Source: Bdellovibrionales bacterium
GTDB lineage: Bacteria; Bdellovibrionota; Bdellovibrionia; Bdellovibrionales; UBA1609
Assembly: GCA_023301025.1 (NCBI GenBank)
Contig: JALZUR010000010.1
Span: 17,791 to 81,790, forward strand
DNA length: 64,000 bases
Reading direction: 5' to 3'
Below, one piece after another: positions 36,588 to 46,900 of this stretch (position 1 is the stretch's first letter; each line of letters opens with the position of its first letter). The notes beneath the pieces are model-generated. The model had not been told where the DNA came from, searched no databases, and worked only from the letters and a program-made list of their open reading frames with translations. The translations under genes and the position numbers were made by a program.

Positions 36588-37168
36588 TATTTTACAAAAC
36601 AACTTTGTGTGGGGTGATCAAGAAAAATACGGTTTATATAACTGATGCTTTTGCTTTTAGCGCTTCTAGTTTTATTTAAGTAGATCTTAAGTTCTATCCA
36701 TATTTTTCGCTCTAAGCCACCAAAGTCCACTTCGGTTGTTCTTTTAAAAGCTAGATTAACTGAATTCACAGGCATACCAATAGTTTCTGATTCAGTTTTC
36801 ATTTGCAGAGCCATTCTAATATTTTCAGAGTCTATAGACAGACATTCCGCTACAAAAGGCTCGCTTTCTAAAAAGTTGCAGCTGTTAGGGGGCATACTGA
36901 TTAAAATTCTGTAAATATAGCCATTAGAATTAGGGTTTAAATTTTTTGATTCTACATATTGACCAACTCTTTCATTATACTTTGGTTCAGTTCCAATGAA
37001 CTCAATCTCAGTTCGATCGCTTTTAGATCTGATAATATAATCATAGTAAGATGTTTTGCAGTGTAAGGTTTTTTTCGAATGAATGCCGGCTTCATCAGGC
37101 TGATTTGTATTTTGAGCTAAGCCTTTAATTGACAAGATAATTATGATAAAGGAGATAAGTTTTTTCAT
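36584..37168 (-). CDS. Secreted protein, unknown function
   Basis: Signal peptide MKKLISFIIIILSIKGLAQ when started at ATG 37168; four Cys. Confidence 0.55.
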   Translation of the reverse strand: MKKLISFIIIILSIKGLAQNTNQPDEAGIHSKKTLHCKTSYYDYIIRSKSDRTEIEFIGTEPKYNERVGQYVESKNLNPNSNGYIYRILISMPPNSCNFLESEPFVAECLSIDSENIRMALQMKTESETIGMPVNSVNLAFKRTTEVDFGGLERKIWIELKIYLNKTRSAKSKSISYINRIFLDHPTQSCFVKY

Positions 37169-37401
37169 CGGGTAGTCTCTTTTTTTAATTTTTATTACAC
37201 AGATTTTGAAGTTGTTCACATTAATTAAAGTTAAATAAAATTTAGCTTAAAAAGTAAACACTTCAAGAGTGTTGTATTTTATTTTTTTAAAGTTTTTTTT
37301 GTAGCTATATTATAGCTCATAGCATTTTGATAGATTAGTGAGAATGTTATAAGCTTTTGTAAATAAAAATAACAATTATCAACACAAAGGATGGGGCTTT
37401 T

Positions 37402-40062
37402 ATGTCTGAATTTGAAGGTGCAAAAAAAACTTTAGAGTCTAATGGACAAAAATCCACAATTTATGATGTGCATGCAGCATCAAAGTTTGGAAACATCGCC
37501 AAGCTTCCTAAAACACTAAAAGTGCTTTTAGAATCACTGATTAGAAATACCGATCATGAAGCAGTGTCTGATCAAAATATTAAAGATGTTGTAGGTTGGC
37601 TTGATAAAAAATCTTCGGACAAAGAGATTCCTTATTTTCCTTCTCGTGTTTTAATGCAAGACTTTACTGGTGTTCCAGGCATTGTTGATTTAGCGGCCAT
37701 GCGTGATGGGGTTAAAAAACTTGGAGCAAAAGCTTCAGTGATCAATCCACAAATCCCTGTCGACTTAGTTATTGATCACTCAGTTTCAGTAGAGCATTTT
37801 GGATCAGAAGATGCTTTAAGAAAAAATGTTGAAATTGAATTTCAAAGAAACCAAGAGCGCTATGAGTTTTTAAAGTGGGGCCAAGGGGCTTTTAAAAACT
37901 TTCGTGTGGTGCCTCCGGGAACAGGTATTTGTCATCAAGTTAATATTGAATACCTTGCAGACGTTGTTGCGTGTAGAGACTTTAAAGGTGAGCAAACGCT
38001 TTTTCCGGATACACTTGTTGGAACGGACTCGCACACTACAATGGTCAATGGCCTTTCTGTTCTAGGCTGGGGTGTTGGAGGCATTGAAGCCGAATCAGCA
38101 ATGCTTGGACAACCTATCGCTATTATGATTCCAGAAGTTGTTGGGTTTAAACTAACAGGAGAGCTTCCTGCAGGTGCAACAGCCACAGATTTAGTTTTAA
38201 CTGTCACTCAAAGTTTAAGAGCTCACGGAGTTGTTGGAAAGTTTGTAGAGTTTTTTGGAAGTGGTCTAGATCATTTATCTCTTGCTGATAGAGCTACAAT
38301 TTCAAATATGGCACCAGAGTATGGCGCTACTTGTGGCTTTTTTCCTATTGATGAAGAAACACTAAACTACTTGAGACTCACAGCGCGTGATGAAGATCAT
38401 GTGAACAGAGTTGAAGCTTACGCTAAAGACCAGGGCTTTTGGAGAGATGAAGTTGATGCTGAGTACACAGATGTATTAACTCTAGATATGTCTTCAGTTG
38501 TTCCCTCAATTGCAGGCCCTAAAAGACCCCAAGACCGAATTTTATTAAGTGAAGCTAATACAGCTTTTGAAAAAGAACTTAAAGATAATTTTAAATCTGC
38601 AAAAGACCTTTCTGCAAAAGTTGAAGGTGAAGACTATAGTTTAAAAAATGGTGATGTTGTGATTGCAGCCATCACAAGCTGTACAAACACCTCAAACCCT
38701 TATGTTATGGTAGGAGCAGGTCTACTTGCTAAAAAAGCTTTAGAAAAAGGTTTAAAAGTTAAGCCCCATGTAAAAACATCTTTGGCTCCAGGATCTCAGG
38801 TTGTTTCTGAGTACTTAAAAGTTTCAGGTTTGCAAAAAGATTTAGATAAGCTTGGTTTTAATGTTGTGGGCTATGGGTGTACAACATGCATTGGTAACTC
38901 TGGTCCTTTAGAAGAGAAATTTCAAAAAGCAGTTGAGGAAAAAGATTTAGTAGTGACTTCTGTTCTTTCAGGTAACAGAAACTTTGAAGGCCGTATCAGC
39001 CCACATGTAAGGGCCAACTACTTAGCATCCCCTCCACTTGTTGTGGCTTATGCAATTTTAGGTTCAATGCTTGGGGACATCAATTCTGATTCATTAGGAA
39101 AAGATTCAAGTGGTAATGATGTTTACTTAAAAGATATCTGGCCTTCTAAAGAAGAGATCGCAAAAGTTGTTGAATCTGTTATTACTCCAAAAATGTTTAA
39201 AGAAAAGTATGCTGGAGTTTTTAAAGGTGATGAGATCTGGCAAGGGATTGAAACTTCAAAAGGTGAGACCTACACATGGAATAAAGAAAGCACTTATGTT
39301 GCAAACCCTCCGTTTTTTGAGGGCATGTCTATGGATCTTCCTGAGATGACAGACATTAAAGATGCAAATGTTTTAGCTCTTCTTGGTGACAGTGTAACAA
39401 CGGATCATATTTCTCCTGCAGGTTCTATAAAACTAGAAAGTCCGGCCGGTGGGTTTTTAAAAGACCATGGTGTTCAAAGAAGAGATTTTAACTCTTACGG
39501 TTCAAGACGAGGAAATCATGATGTGATGATGAGAGGAACCTTTGCTAACATTAGAATCAAAAATGAAATGGTGCCAGGAGTTGAAGGGGGCTTTACTAAG
39601 TATATTCCAACTGGTGAGACTATGCCTATCTATGATGCTGCAATGAAGTATGTTGATGAGAAAAAAGACTTAGTAGTGGTTGCAGGTAAAGAATATGGAA
39701 CGGGCTCTTCGCGTGATTGGGCTGCCAAAGGTACAGATCTTTTAGGTGTAAAAGCTGTGTTAGTTGAAAGCTTTGAACGTATTCATAGATCAAACCTTGT
39801 CGGTATGGGTGTACTTCCTTTGCAGTTTAAAGATGGTGAAACTAGAAAAACTCTTAATCTTACGGGTGACGAAAAGGTGAGTGTTTCTGGTCTTGACTCT
39901 ATGAAGCCAAGACAAAACGTAAAAGTTAAGATCACGTACAAAGATGGAAGCTGTAAAGAGATCACAACCCAAAGTAGGTTAGACACTCTTGAAGATCTAA
40001 ATAACTTTAAAAATGGTGGAATCTTACAAGCTACAATGAGAAAACTATCCAAAGATGCTTAA
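37402..40062 (+). CDS. acnA: Aconitate hydratase A
   Basis: 886 aa with AcnA/IRP architecture and Fe-S ligand regions (ITSCTNTSNP, GCTTCIGNSG). Confidence 0.95.
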   Translation: MSEFEGAKKTLESNGQKSTIYDVHAASKFGNIAKLPKTLKVLLESLIRNTDHEAVSDQNIKDVVGWLDKKSSDKEIPYFPSRVLMQDFTGVPGIVDLAAMRDGVKKLGAKASVINPQIPVDLVIDHSVSVEHFGSEDALRKNVEIEFQRNQERYEFLKWGQGAFKNFRVVPPGTGICHQVNIEYLADVVACRDFKGEQTLFPDTLVGTDSHTTMVNGLSVLGWGVGGIEAESAMLGQPIAIMIPEVVGFKLTGELPAGATATDLVLTVTQSLRAHGVVGKFVEFFGSGLDHLSLADRATISNMAPEYGATCGFFPIDEETLNYLRLTARDEDHVNRVEAYAKDQGFWRDEVDAEYTDVLTLDMSSVVPSIAGPKRPQDRILLSEANTAFEKELKDNFKSAKDLSAKVEGEDYSLKNGDVVIAAITSCTNTSNPYVMVGAGLLAKKALEKGLKVKPHVKTSLAPGSQVVSEYLKVSGLQKDLDKLGFNVVGYGCTTCIGNSGPLEEKFQKAVEEKDLVVTSVLSGNRNFEGRISPHVRANYLASPPLVVAYAILGSMLGDINSDSLGKDSSGNDVYLKDIWPSKEEIAKVVESVITPKMFKEKYAGVFKGDEIWQGIETSKGETYTWNKESTYVANPPFFEGMSMDLPEMTDIKDANVLALLGDSVTTDHISPAGSIKLESPAGGFLKDHGVQRRDFNSYGSRRGNHDVMMRGTFANIRIKNEMVPGVEGGFTKYIPTGETMPIYDAAMKYVDEKKDLVVVAGKEYGTGSSRDWAAKGTDLLGVKAVLVESFERIHRSNLVGMGVLPLQFKDGETRKTLNLTGDEKVSVSGLDSMKPRQNVKVKITYKDGSCKEITTQSRLDTLEDLNNFKNGGILQATMRKLSKDA

Positions 40063-40086
40063 AAAAGTATTTATAAAAAAAAACGT

Positions 40087-40404
40087 ATGAACCGTGAACA
40101 GAGAATAAAAAGTACCCTTATTGAGGCCTTAGATCCTAAGGCCTTTGAAATAGTTAATGAGAGTCACATGCACTCAGGTCCAAGAACTGAGAGTCATTTT
40201 AAAGTTTTTGCAGTCTCTGACATTTTCAATAGTAAGAGCAAAGTTGAAAGACAGCAGTTTGTGTATGCTCTTTTAAAAGACGAGTTTGATAAAAAAAACA
40301 ATGATCCTCTTCATGCTTTGAGCCTTCGATTAAAAACTCCAGAAGAGGTGGCTAGCAGCTTAAAAGTCTTTGAATCACCAAATTGTAAAACTAAACAAAA
40401 ATAA
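40087..40404 (+). CDS. bolA: BolA family protein
   Basis: SHFKVFAVSDIF...RQQFVYALL...LHALSL pattern. Confidence 0.85.
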   Translation: MNREQRIKSTLIEALDPKAFEIVNESHMHSGPRTESHFKVFAVSDIFNSKSKVERQQFVYALLKDEFDKKNNDPLHALSLRLKTPEEVASSLKVFESPNCKTKQK

Positions 40405-40578
40405 AAAGAGCTGAATTCATTTTAAGTTCTATCTCATAGAGTTCTACTGTTAAAAGTTTCAACAGTGACTGTTGATAAGCTGATCAATTAGAAAAACTAC
40501 TCTTGTAATAATTATTAGTAAGGTGCTTATTTTAGGCTCATTATTGACCCTAAAGGCCCTTTTTTATACAACCAACTT

Positions 40579-41214
40579 ATGAAAAATTCGATTTGGCTAA
40601 AAGCTCTAACCTCTGCTTTAATTTTAAGTTTTTTAGTGTCTTTTGGTCTTTATTACTTTTCTGATCGTTTTTTTCAGGCAAAAAATAAACAAACCATGAT
40701 TAAATCTGCAGAGCTTGGCACAAGTGCTGACAATGCTGATGTTGTGCTGCCAATTGGAAAAAATGTTCCTGACTTTGAGCTTGCCGATGTACTTGCAGAC
40801 GTTGAGATCAATAGAAGACTTTTAGCAGATACAAAAACAGTAAAGATTATAAACTTTTGGGCCAGTTGGTGTGAACCATGTGTAGAGGAGTTTTCTTCTT
40901 TTGCAAGATTAGTAAAAGATTACGAAGGTGAGATTTCTTTTTATGGTGTTGGACAAGATGATTCTAGAGAAGAGTCAAAAACATTTATTAAAGCTTTTAA
41001 TTCTGAATTTAAAGACATAAGTAACATTTACTTTTTATTTGATGTTAACAAAAAAACTGCAAAAACTTACGGAGTTCTTGCTCTTCCTGAGACGTTTATT
41101 ATTGATGCCAACGGAAAGCTTTTAAAAAGAATCACTGGTTTTTTTGATTGGGATCAAGATCAAGTAAGAGTATTTTTTAATAAAATGCTTAGCACCAAAA
41201 GATCAGGTCTTTAA
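40579..41214 (+). CDS. TlpA/ResA-like periplasmic thiol:disulfide oxidoreductase
   Basis: N-terminal TM anchor and FWASWCEPC active site. Confidence 0.85.
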   Translation: MKNSIWLKALTSALILSFLVSFGLYYFSDRFFQAKNKQTMIKSAELGTSADNADVVLPIGKNVPDFELADVLADVEINRRLLADTKTVKIINFWASWCEPCVEEFSSFARLVKDYEGEISFYGVGQDDSREESKTFIKAFNSEFKDISNIYFLFDVNKKTAKTYGVLALPETFIIDANGKLLKRITGFFDWDQDQVRVFFNKMLSTKRSGL

Positions 41215-41215
41215 T

Positions 41216-42142
41216 ATGTTTACTTTATTAAAATTAATTTTAACATCTATAGGCAATTTGAAACTTAAATTAAGTGCTAATTTTAAAAAAACAGTTACTC
41301 ATAGCCTTCTTTACGCCTCTTTTTTTTTAAACATCCCCCTAGATCTAGTACACGATGACTACGATAAAACCAAAAGAGTTGCTCTTCAGCCCACCCCTTA
41401 CGAAATTGGTGCTGATGCCTTTAAGACACCTAAAGATGTTAAAAATTTTTTAAGTGATAACAGAGTAAGTGATGATTTTGTTGTTAGCCATGAGCAGTAC
41501 CTAATCAGTGCCTCACATATTTTTGAAATCCCTTATGCCTTTCAAACATGCCTTATATACAGTGAATCTAAGTTTAAACCTGAGGCTGTAAGCCCTGTGG
41601 GTGCTAGAGGAGTAGCTCAGTTTACAAAAGACACCTATGATTTTATAGATAAGGTGCTACGTGTAGGTTATAAAAATTTAGAAGATCTTTCGGACAATAG
41701 AATTGCTTATGGATTCGAAACCAGACCTAAGAGCAAGTACGTGTTATTCAATAAAATTTTGTTCTCAGAGCTTTATATCAAGTGGCAAGCCTATGTGAGC
41801 AACAACAATATAAAGTCTATTCCTTTTAAGTCTAATAGATTTAAGCGTGTGGTGCATGATCCTAAGTTTGCAATAGGCATGTCTTCTCTTTATCTAAAGT
41901 ATTTAAAAGAACGCCTTAGATACAACCTTAAGAGTCAGTATAACTACTCTGAAGGACCACTCAATCCAAATATCTACTTGAGTTTAGCTGGTGCATACAA
42001 TCAAGGTATTGGCAGAACATGGAAGCTTTCTTCTAGAAATAAAGATGTTGATTTAAAGTACATCATTGATTTTCAATCAAGGGTTAGAGAGACAAAGACC
42101 TATATCAAGTCTATTAATGGCTGCATGTCTTCTTATCAGTAG
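41216..42142 (+). CDS. Lytic transglycosylase (SLT domain)
   Basis: Catalytic region YSESKFKPEAVSPVGARGVAQFT and AYNQG. Confidence 0.8.
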   Translation: MFTLLKLILTSIGNLKLKLSANFKKTVTHSLLYASFFLNIPLDLVHDDYDKTKRVALQPTPYEIGADAFKTPKDVKNFLSDNRVSDDFVVSHEQYLISASHIFEIPYAFQTCLIYSESKFKPEAVSPVGARGVAQFTKDTYDFIDKVLRVGYKNLEDLSDNRIAYGFETRPKSKYVLFNKILFSELYIKWQAYVSNNNIKSIPFKSNRFKRVVHDPKFAIGMSSLYLKYLKERLRYNLKSQYNYSEGPLNPNIYLSLAGAYNQGIGRTWKLSSRNKDVDLKYIIDFQSRVRETKTYIKSINGCMSSYQ

Positions 42143-42235
42143 TTTAAATTCTAATGCTAATAGGTGTTATTTACTCTTATTTTCTATTGCCCCTAGGGCT
42201 AACTTAGTCTATTTTCCTTTCTAACTTAATGTTTT

Positions 42236-42312
<77 letters not shown>

Positions 42313-42434
42313 ATGATTATTTCACTGAATTGAAACAGCCAAATTTAGGTGTTTTAAATCTATACAGTATAAAAATTTTTACACTTTTCACAAAGGTGTT
42401 AGATCAAATTATTTGCGTAAATTAGTATGTTTTA

Positions 42435-43826
42435 ATGTTTAAGACTCTATTCACGGTATTTATATTAGCATTGCCAAATTTGGCAGTGGCAGAGTCTATA
42501 TGCAATCAACTCCTTCAGGCACAAGACACTACGAAAACCTTCAGTTCAAACCTAAAAGACACGCTTATTGAAACACTAAAAGTGGAGAACCTCTTGGATG
42601 AAGTAGATCTGGGATCTTTAGGGGATGTAAGATATCTTAATCCGTCATCATCCTTATCTGTTTACACAGTTTTAGATAAAGATCTGCTTGTTGAAAAAGA
42701 GTTTTATATTGATGAGTTAAATCTTAACCTTAATGGCACTCACCGAATTGTAGAAACAGATTTTGGCTTTGCAGTATTAGACAGTGAAGCTTTAGAGGCT
42801 TGGTCTATGTTGGAGCAAACTTTGTCTGATTCTGTAAAGGCAGGTGAGTTTATAGAATATGTGTCTTTATCGGAATTTATTCACCCAGGTGGAATCACAA
42901 AACGAGCTACTGATTGGTTGAGAAAGTCTAGATATCTTCATTTTAAAGCACAATTTTTGGCTGAGAATTTTTTTAGAGAAAAACTAAATAATAGTGGAGA
43001 ATCCGTTCCTTATCGTAAGATCTTTATAAAACGAAAACTTGAGTATCAAAGGCTTACAAAAAAAGACAATACGTTTATGTTCCCATTTGATTCAGCTTTA
43101 GAAGATGGTGTTGCGAAAATGTCTGATACAGATGCTCAGTCTGTTTTAACTATTCTTGCCAGGCATTTTATCTTATCACATATGTTTGTTAAAAAACGTT
43201 TAGATAACACCTATGTTAGACTTGGTGATATTCTTGATCGTGACAGTCTATTTTTAATCAGTCGTTTTCCTGAGCTTTTTCCTATTTACCCTTTGTTAAA
43301 AAGTGGTCACTTTCATGTTGAGACCTCTACTGAGTTTGTAGGTAGTGAAGATTTATACAGTATAGGTAGCAATGATTTTGAACCTAAAAAAGTTAAACTT
43401 AATTTGATCTCTCAGAAAGGTAGAAAAGGTGTTTCTTCTGCTGTAATGAATGTGAATCTTCTTAAAAAATTTAATATTTTTGTTGAAGGAAGATCTGAGA
43501 CTCAACAGCATAAAGTTAGAATTACTGCGGAATTAACACTTAGTTTTAAAGAAAAAAATAGGCTTTTAAAGAATGTGAATAGACATTCTATTGATGAAGT
43601 TTTTATTGAAGATGTTTTAGGTTTTCATTACTTTTTAAATAGGCAAGTGGAACTTTTTAATTCTAAAACTGGCTATCATTTGCCAGAGGCACAAATACTC
43701 TTAAGTGACGATAGTTATGAAGACAATCAAAGAACTTATACCTTAAGTTTTGGAAATATGTACCTAAAGCCTCATGTTTTATCTGCTTTTTATATCTTTT
43801 TAAATTCTCAAATAAGGTCTGATTGA
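42435..43826 (+). CDS. Secreted protein, uncharacterised paralog family (member 2)
   Basis: Signal peptide and the same conserved blocks as 29957-31252 (VETDFGFAVL, ATDWLRKS, FMFPFD, LISRFPELF, SGHFHV, TGYHLP, SAFYIF). Confidence 0.7.
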   Translation: MFKTLFTVFILALPNLAVAESICNQLLQAQDTTKTFSSNLKDTLIETLKVENLLDEVDLGSLGDVRYLNPSSSLSVYTVLDKDLLVEKEFYIDELNLNLNGTHRIVETDFGFAVLDSEALEAWSMLEQTLSDSVKAGEFIEYVSLSEFIHPGGITKRATDWLRKSRYLHFKAQFLAENFFREKLNNSGESVPYRKIFIKRKLEYQRLTKKDNTFMFPFDSALEDGVAKMSDTDAQSVLTILARHFILSHMFVKKRLDNTYVRLGDILDRDSLFLISRFPELFPIYPLLKSGHFHVETSTEFVGSEDLYSIGSNDFEPKKVKLNLISQKGRKGVSSAVMNVNLLKKFNIFVEGRSETQQHKVRITAELTLSFKEKNRLLKNVNRHSIDEVFIEDVLGFHYFLNRQVELFNSKTGYHLPEAQILLSDDSYEDNQRTYTLSFGNMYLKPHVLSAFYIFLNSQIRSD

Positions 43827-43828
43827 AT

Positions 43829-45217
43829 ATGTTTCAAACCAAAGCATTAGTTTTAGCTTTATCTTTTCTTAGTATTTTTCCAAGCCGTTCTTTTGCCAGT
43901 GATCTATGTCAAAAAATACTGTCTTCAAAAAATAAAACTGACTTTTCAATGATTAATCAAAGCTTATCTCATGCAAAAGTTTTGAGTGACGGTGAAATTG
44001 ACCTTTCAATCTACGATTTTTTATCAATTGGTGTAGATGAGTCTATAAAAAGAGTCTATTTCGGTGATCATCCAGGAATGAAAGGTTTATTACCGGAAAG
44101 TGATTTAAGAGTCTTCTCTGCAATAGATATGGAAGCCTTAGATGGCTTTCCTGTAGATAACTTAAAAGATACTGACTATGTCGTTGAAACAGAGTTTGGT
44201 TATGCTGTAATGAGTGCTGAGAACTTTAGGTATTGGAAAGATTTAGCTAAGATCATTTCAGACCCTAAAAAAGCAAAAGATTATATAGAGACAGCTTCTA
44301 ACACCGAAAATCTTTATTTACCGGGTTTAACTCGTTCTGCTTTTGATTGGTTGAGGTGGTCTGTGAATGCTGAGCTTACTTCATTCAATGAGGCTAAAAA
44401 AGTTTTAGGAGTTAAAGGTAAAAATGGTGCAATTGACAGTTTAGGGGATATGTTCGAATTAAAAGATAAACTGTATGATGAAATGGTTCGGAAAAAAGAA
44501 TTTTTTATTTTTCCGTTTGGTGTTGATAAAAAAGAAAAGTTTAATTTTATCTCTGAAGAGTCCTCAGTGAGAGTGTTGAGCCTTCTTGCTAAGTACTTTG
44601 TTTTGTCAAATCTTTATGTTGAAAGAGATAATGAAGGTGTCGAATACATAAAACTCAGTGAGGTTTTAGATCGTGACAGTTTAATGTTGATGAGTCGTTT
44701 TCCTGAACTATTGCCTGCGGCTTCAGTTTTTGAAAGTGGTCATTTTAAAATTGTTTATGCTAAAACAAAAATCACACATGACGATTCTTACAGACTATCT
44801 AAGGTCAAATTTCCTACTAAAAAATTTAGATATACAGATTTTAAAAGTTCTTTTCGTTCTTATGTCCGCGAAGTTAAGGGTGATGCAAGAGTCAGTGGCT
44901 ATTTGACGATGACTCTTGCTGCGCCGGACATTCCTAGTAGTTTGTTGTCTGTTTCTTTTGTAAAAAAGCTTTATGAGATTGAGTTAAAGGCAATGAATAA
45001 GTGGCTTATAAAAATGCTAATAGCTTTTAATGATAAGACTGGCTATAGTTTGCCCCCAGTTCGGTTTAAGCTTTTACCAAATAATTCTAATACTTTTGAG
45101 AGAAATTATAAAGTTCAGTTTGCTCTTGATATGTTTGGTAATCCTATAAAAACTCCACCTCATGTTTTAACAGCTTTTTATGTTTTTATAGGCATTAAGC
45201 AGGCTCAAGATAGATAG
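43829..45217 (+). CDS. Secreted protein, uncharacterised paralog family (member 3)
   Basis: Signal peptide and the same blocks (VETEFGYAVM, AFDWLRWS, FIFPFG, LMSRFPELL, SGHFKI, TGYSLP, TAFYVF). The ATG lies 3 nt after the member-2 stop. Confidence 0.7.
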   Translation: MFQTKALVLALSFLSIFPSRSFASDLCQKILSSKNKTDFSMINQSLSHAKVLSDGEIDLSIYDFLSIGVDESIKRVYFGDHPGMKGLLPESDLRVFSAIDMEALDGFPVDNLKDTDYVVETEFGYAVMSAENFRYWKDLAKIISDPKKAKDYIETASNTENLYLPGLTRSAFDWLRWSVNAELTSFNEAKKVLGVKGKNGAIDSLGDMFELKDKLYDEMVRKKEFFIFPFGVDKKEKFNFISEESSVRVLSLLAKYFVLSNLYVERDNEGVEYIKLSEVLDRDSLMLMSRFPELLPAASVFESGHFKIVYAKTKITHDDSYRLSKVKFPTKKFRYTDFKSSFRSYVREVKGDARVSGYLTMTLAAPDIPSSLLSVSFVKKLYEIELKAMNKWLIKMLIAFNDKTGYSLPPVRFKLLPNNSNTFERNYKVQFALDMFGNPIKTPPHVLTAFYVFIGIKQAQDR

Positions 45218-45607
45218 CTTTTTAGATACCCTGTATAAAATTACTAAAGTGTATTATCAGTTTACGGTATATTAGATTTTTTATATAGCTTTAATAGTAT
45301 ATTTAGCCTGCCATTTAGACATGATAAATCTAAGTATGTTAAATGTTAGGGCTTTAATATCTGATAGACCGGGTGGAAAATTTAGCCTTCTTAAAATCAT
45401 TCTAGCCCTAAAAGAATAGAAGCTAAAGAGAATACATCTTCAATGATGTGTAATCAGACTTTAAATTTTAATTAATAAAAGTCTATGATTTTTTTTAAGA
45501 ATTAGAATTTATATTGTCTTGCTAAATTTTAACAGTCTAAAAGATTTAGTATAGAGAATTAAATTTTTATATTTTGACTTTATAGATTTAAAATTTTACC
45601 AAAAGCC

Positions 45608-46249
45608 ATGACAGAACTTTATAAAAAATCTGATGAATACATGCAGGTTTTATGCAAAAATAATCCAGATCCTTCGCATGATATTTTACATGTGAGGCGT
45701 GTTGTTAAATTTTCCCAAAAAATTGCTAAAGAAGAAAAGGCAGATTTAGAGGTTGTTACTCTTGCTGCTTATCTTCATGATTGTGAGTACGTTTCAAAAT
45801 CAAGCCCCTTAAGATCCAAAGCTTCAAGTCTTTCAGCTGATAAAGCTGTGACGCTTTTAAAAAACTGGGGCTTAGAAGATGCTACAGTTTTAGAAAAGAT
45901 TCATACAGCTATTAAAGCTCATAGCTACTCGGCCAATATTGAAGCCACATCTCTAGAGGCAAAGATTGTTCAAGATGCGGATAGGTTAGATGCTATCGGG
46001 GCTATAGGAACATGCAGAGCTTTAGTTTTTGGAGGACTTTCTAAAAGACCAATATACAATGAACATGATCCTTTTTGTGAGACGCGCAAGCCAGATGATT
46101 ATAAAAACACGCTAGATCACTTTTATGTAAAGCTCCTAAAACTCTATGATAAACTCAATACTGAGTTTGCAAAATCTGAGGGTCTAAAACGCTTAAGTAC
46201 AATGAAAGTTTTTTTAGGTGAGCTTAAAAGAGAACTTTATGCAGATTAA
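45608..46249 (+). CDS. HD-domain metal-dependent phosphohydrolase
   Basis: H...HD (LHVRRV, YLHD) and DADRLDAIGA motifs. Confidence 0.85.
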   Translation: MTELYKKSDEYMQVLCKNNPDPSHDILHVRRVVKFSQKIAKEEKADLEVVTLAAYLHDCEYVSKSSPLRSKASSLSADKAVTLLKNWGLEDATVLEKIHTAIKAHSYSANIEATSLEAKIVQDADRLDAIGAIGTCRALVFGGLSKRPIYNEHDPFCETRKPDDYKNTLDHFYVKLLKLYDKLNTEFAKSEGLKRLSTMKVFLGELKRELYAD

Positions 46250-46268
46250 GCTAAGTAGTATTCTTAGG

Positions 46269-46853
46269 TTAATTTTTTGTGTTCGAGACTTTAGTTGAAT
46301 TTAGTCCACAAAGTTCACCATAGTTTAGAATAAAATCTTCAAATTTTTTAGAGAAAGTCTCTTTAGATGAAATAAAATGATAATTTTTATGTTTTGACCA
46401 CAGATCTTTTAGGCGACACTCAAGTTCTAAGGCTTGAGTGTGATCTTCTGTGCGACTTTTGTTGTTGCTTTTAGTGTAGCCAAGATATGGAGCTACTTCT
46501 AAGTGAAAAACATGATCATAGTTTTCATGGAGTTTTAAATACTCTTCACAAATTGCGCTTGGATCTTTTACGTAAGCCAAGGCATCTGGTAGACCACGAT
46601 CAAAAAAACACAATGAGTATTTTTTTTCTTTTTCTAAAAGAGTTTCCATTTCAATTTGAGTTTTTAAGATAGCTCTTTGTTGGTAAATGATGTTTTCATC
46701 TAAATTAAACCTTGGGAATCCTTGACCTAAAAGCATAGTTGCAATTTCTGGAGCAAAAAATACACTCTCGTTGTCTAAAAGTTTAACTTTTAATGCTTGA
46801 ATGAATGAGGTTTTACCGGCACTAGGGCCACCTGTGAAAACGAGTTTAGTCAT
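46269..46853 (-). CDS. P-loop NTPase (AAA_28/NadR-like ATPase)
   Basis: Walker A GGPSAGKTS immediately after the ATG at 46853. Choosing that start avoids overlap with the divergent gene. Confidence 0.65.
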   Translation of the reverse strand: MTKLVFTGGPSAGKTSFIQALKVKLLDNESVFFAPEIATMLLGQGFPRFNLDENIIYQQRAILKTQIEMETLLEKEKKYSLCFFDRGLPDALAYVKDPSAICEEYLKLHENYDHVFHLEVAPYLGYTKSNNKSRTEDHTQALELECRLKDLWSKHKNYHFISSKETFSKKFEDFILNYGELCGLNSTKVSNTKN

Positions 46854-46900
46854 AAGTTTTGTTAGCAAATCCAAATAATCTATGCAATTGTAATTAAGTA

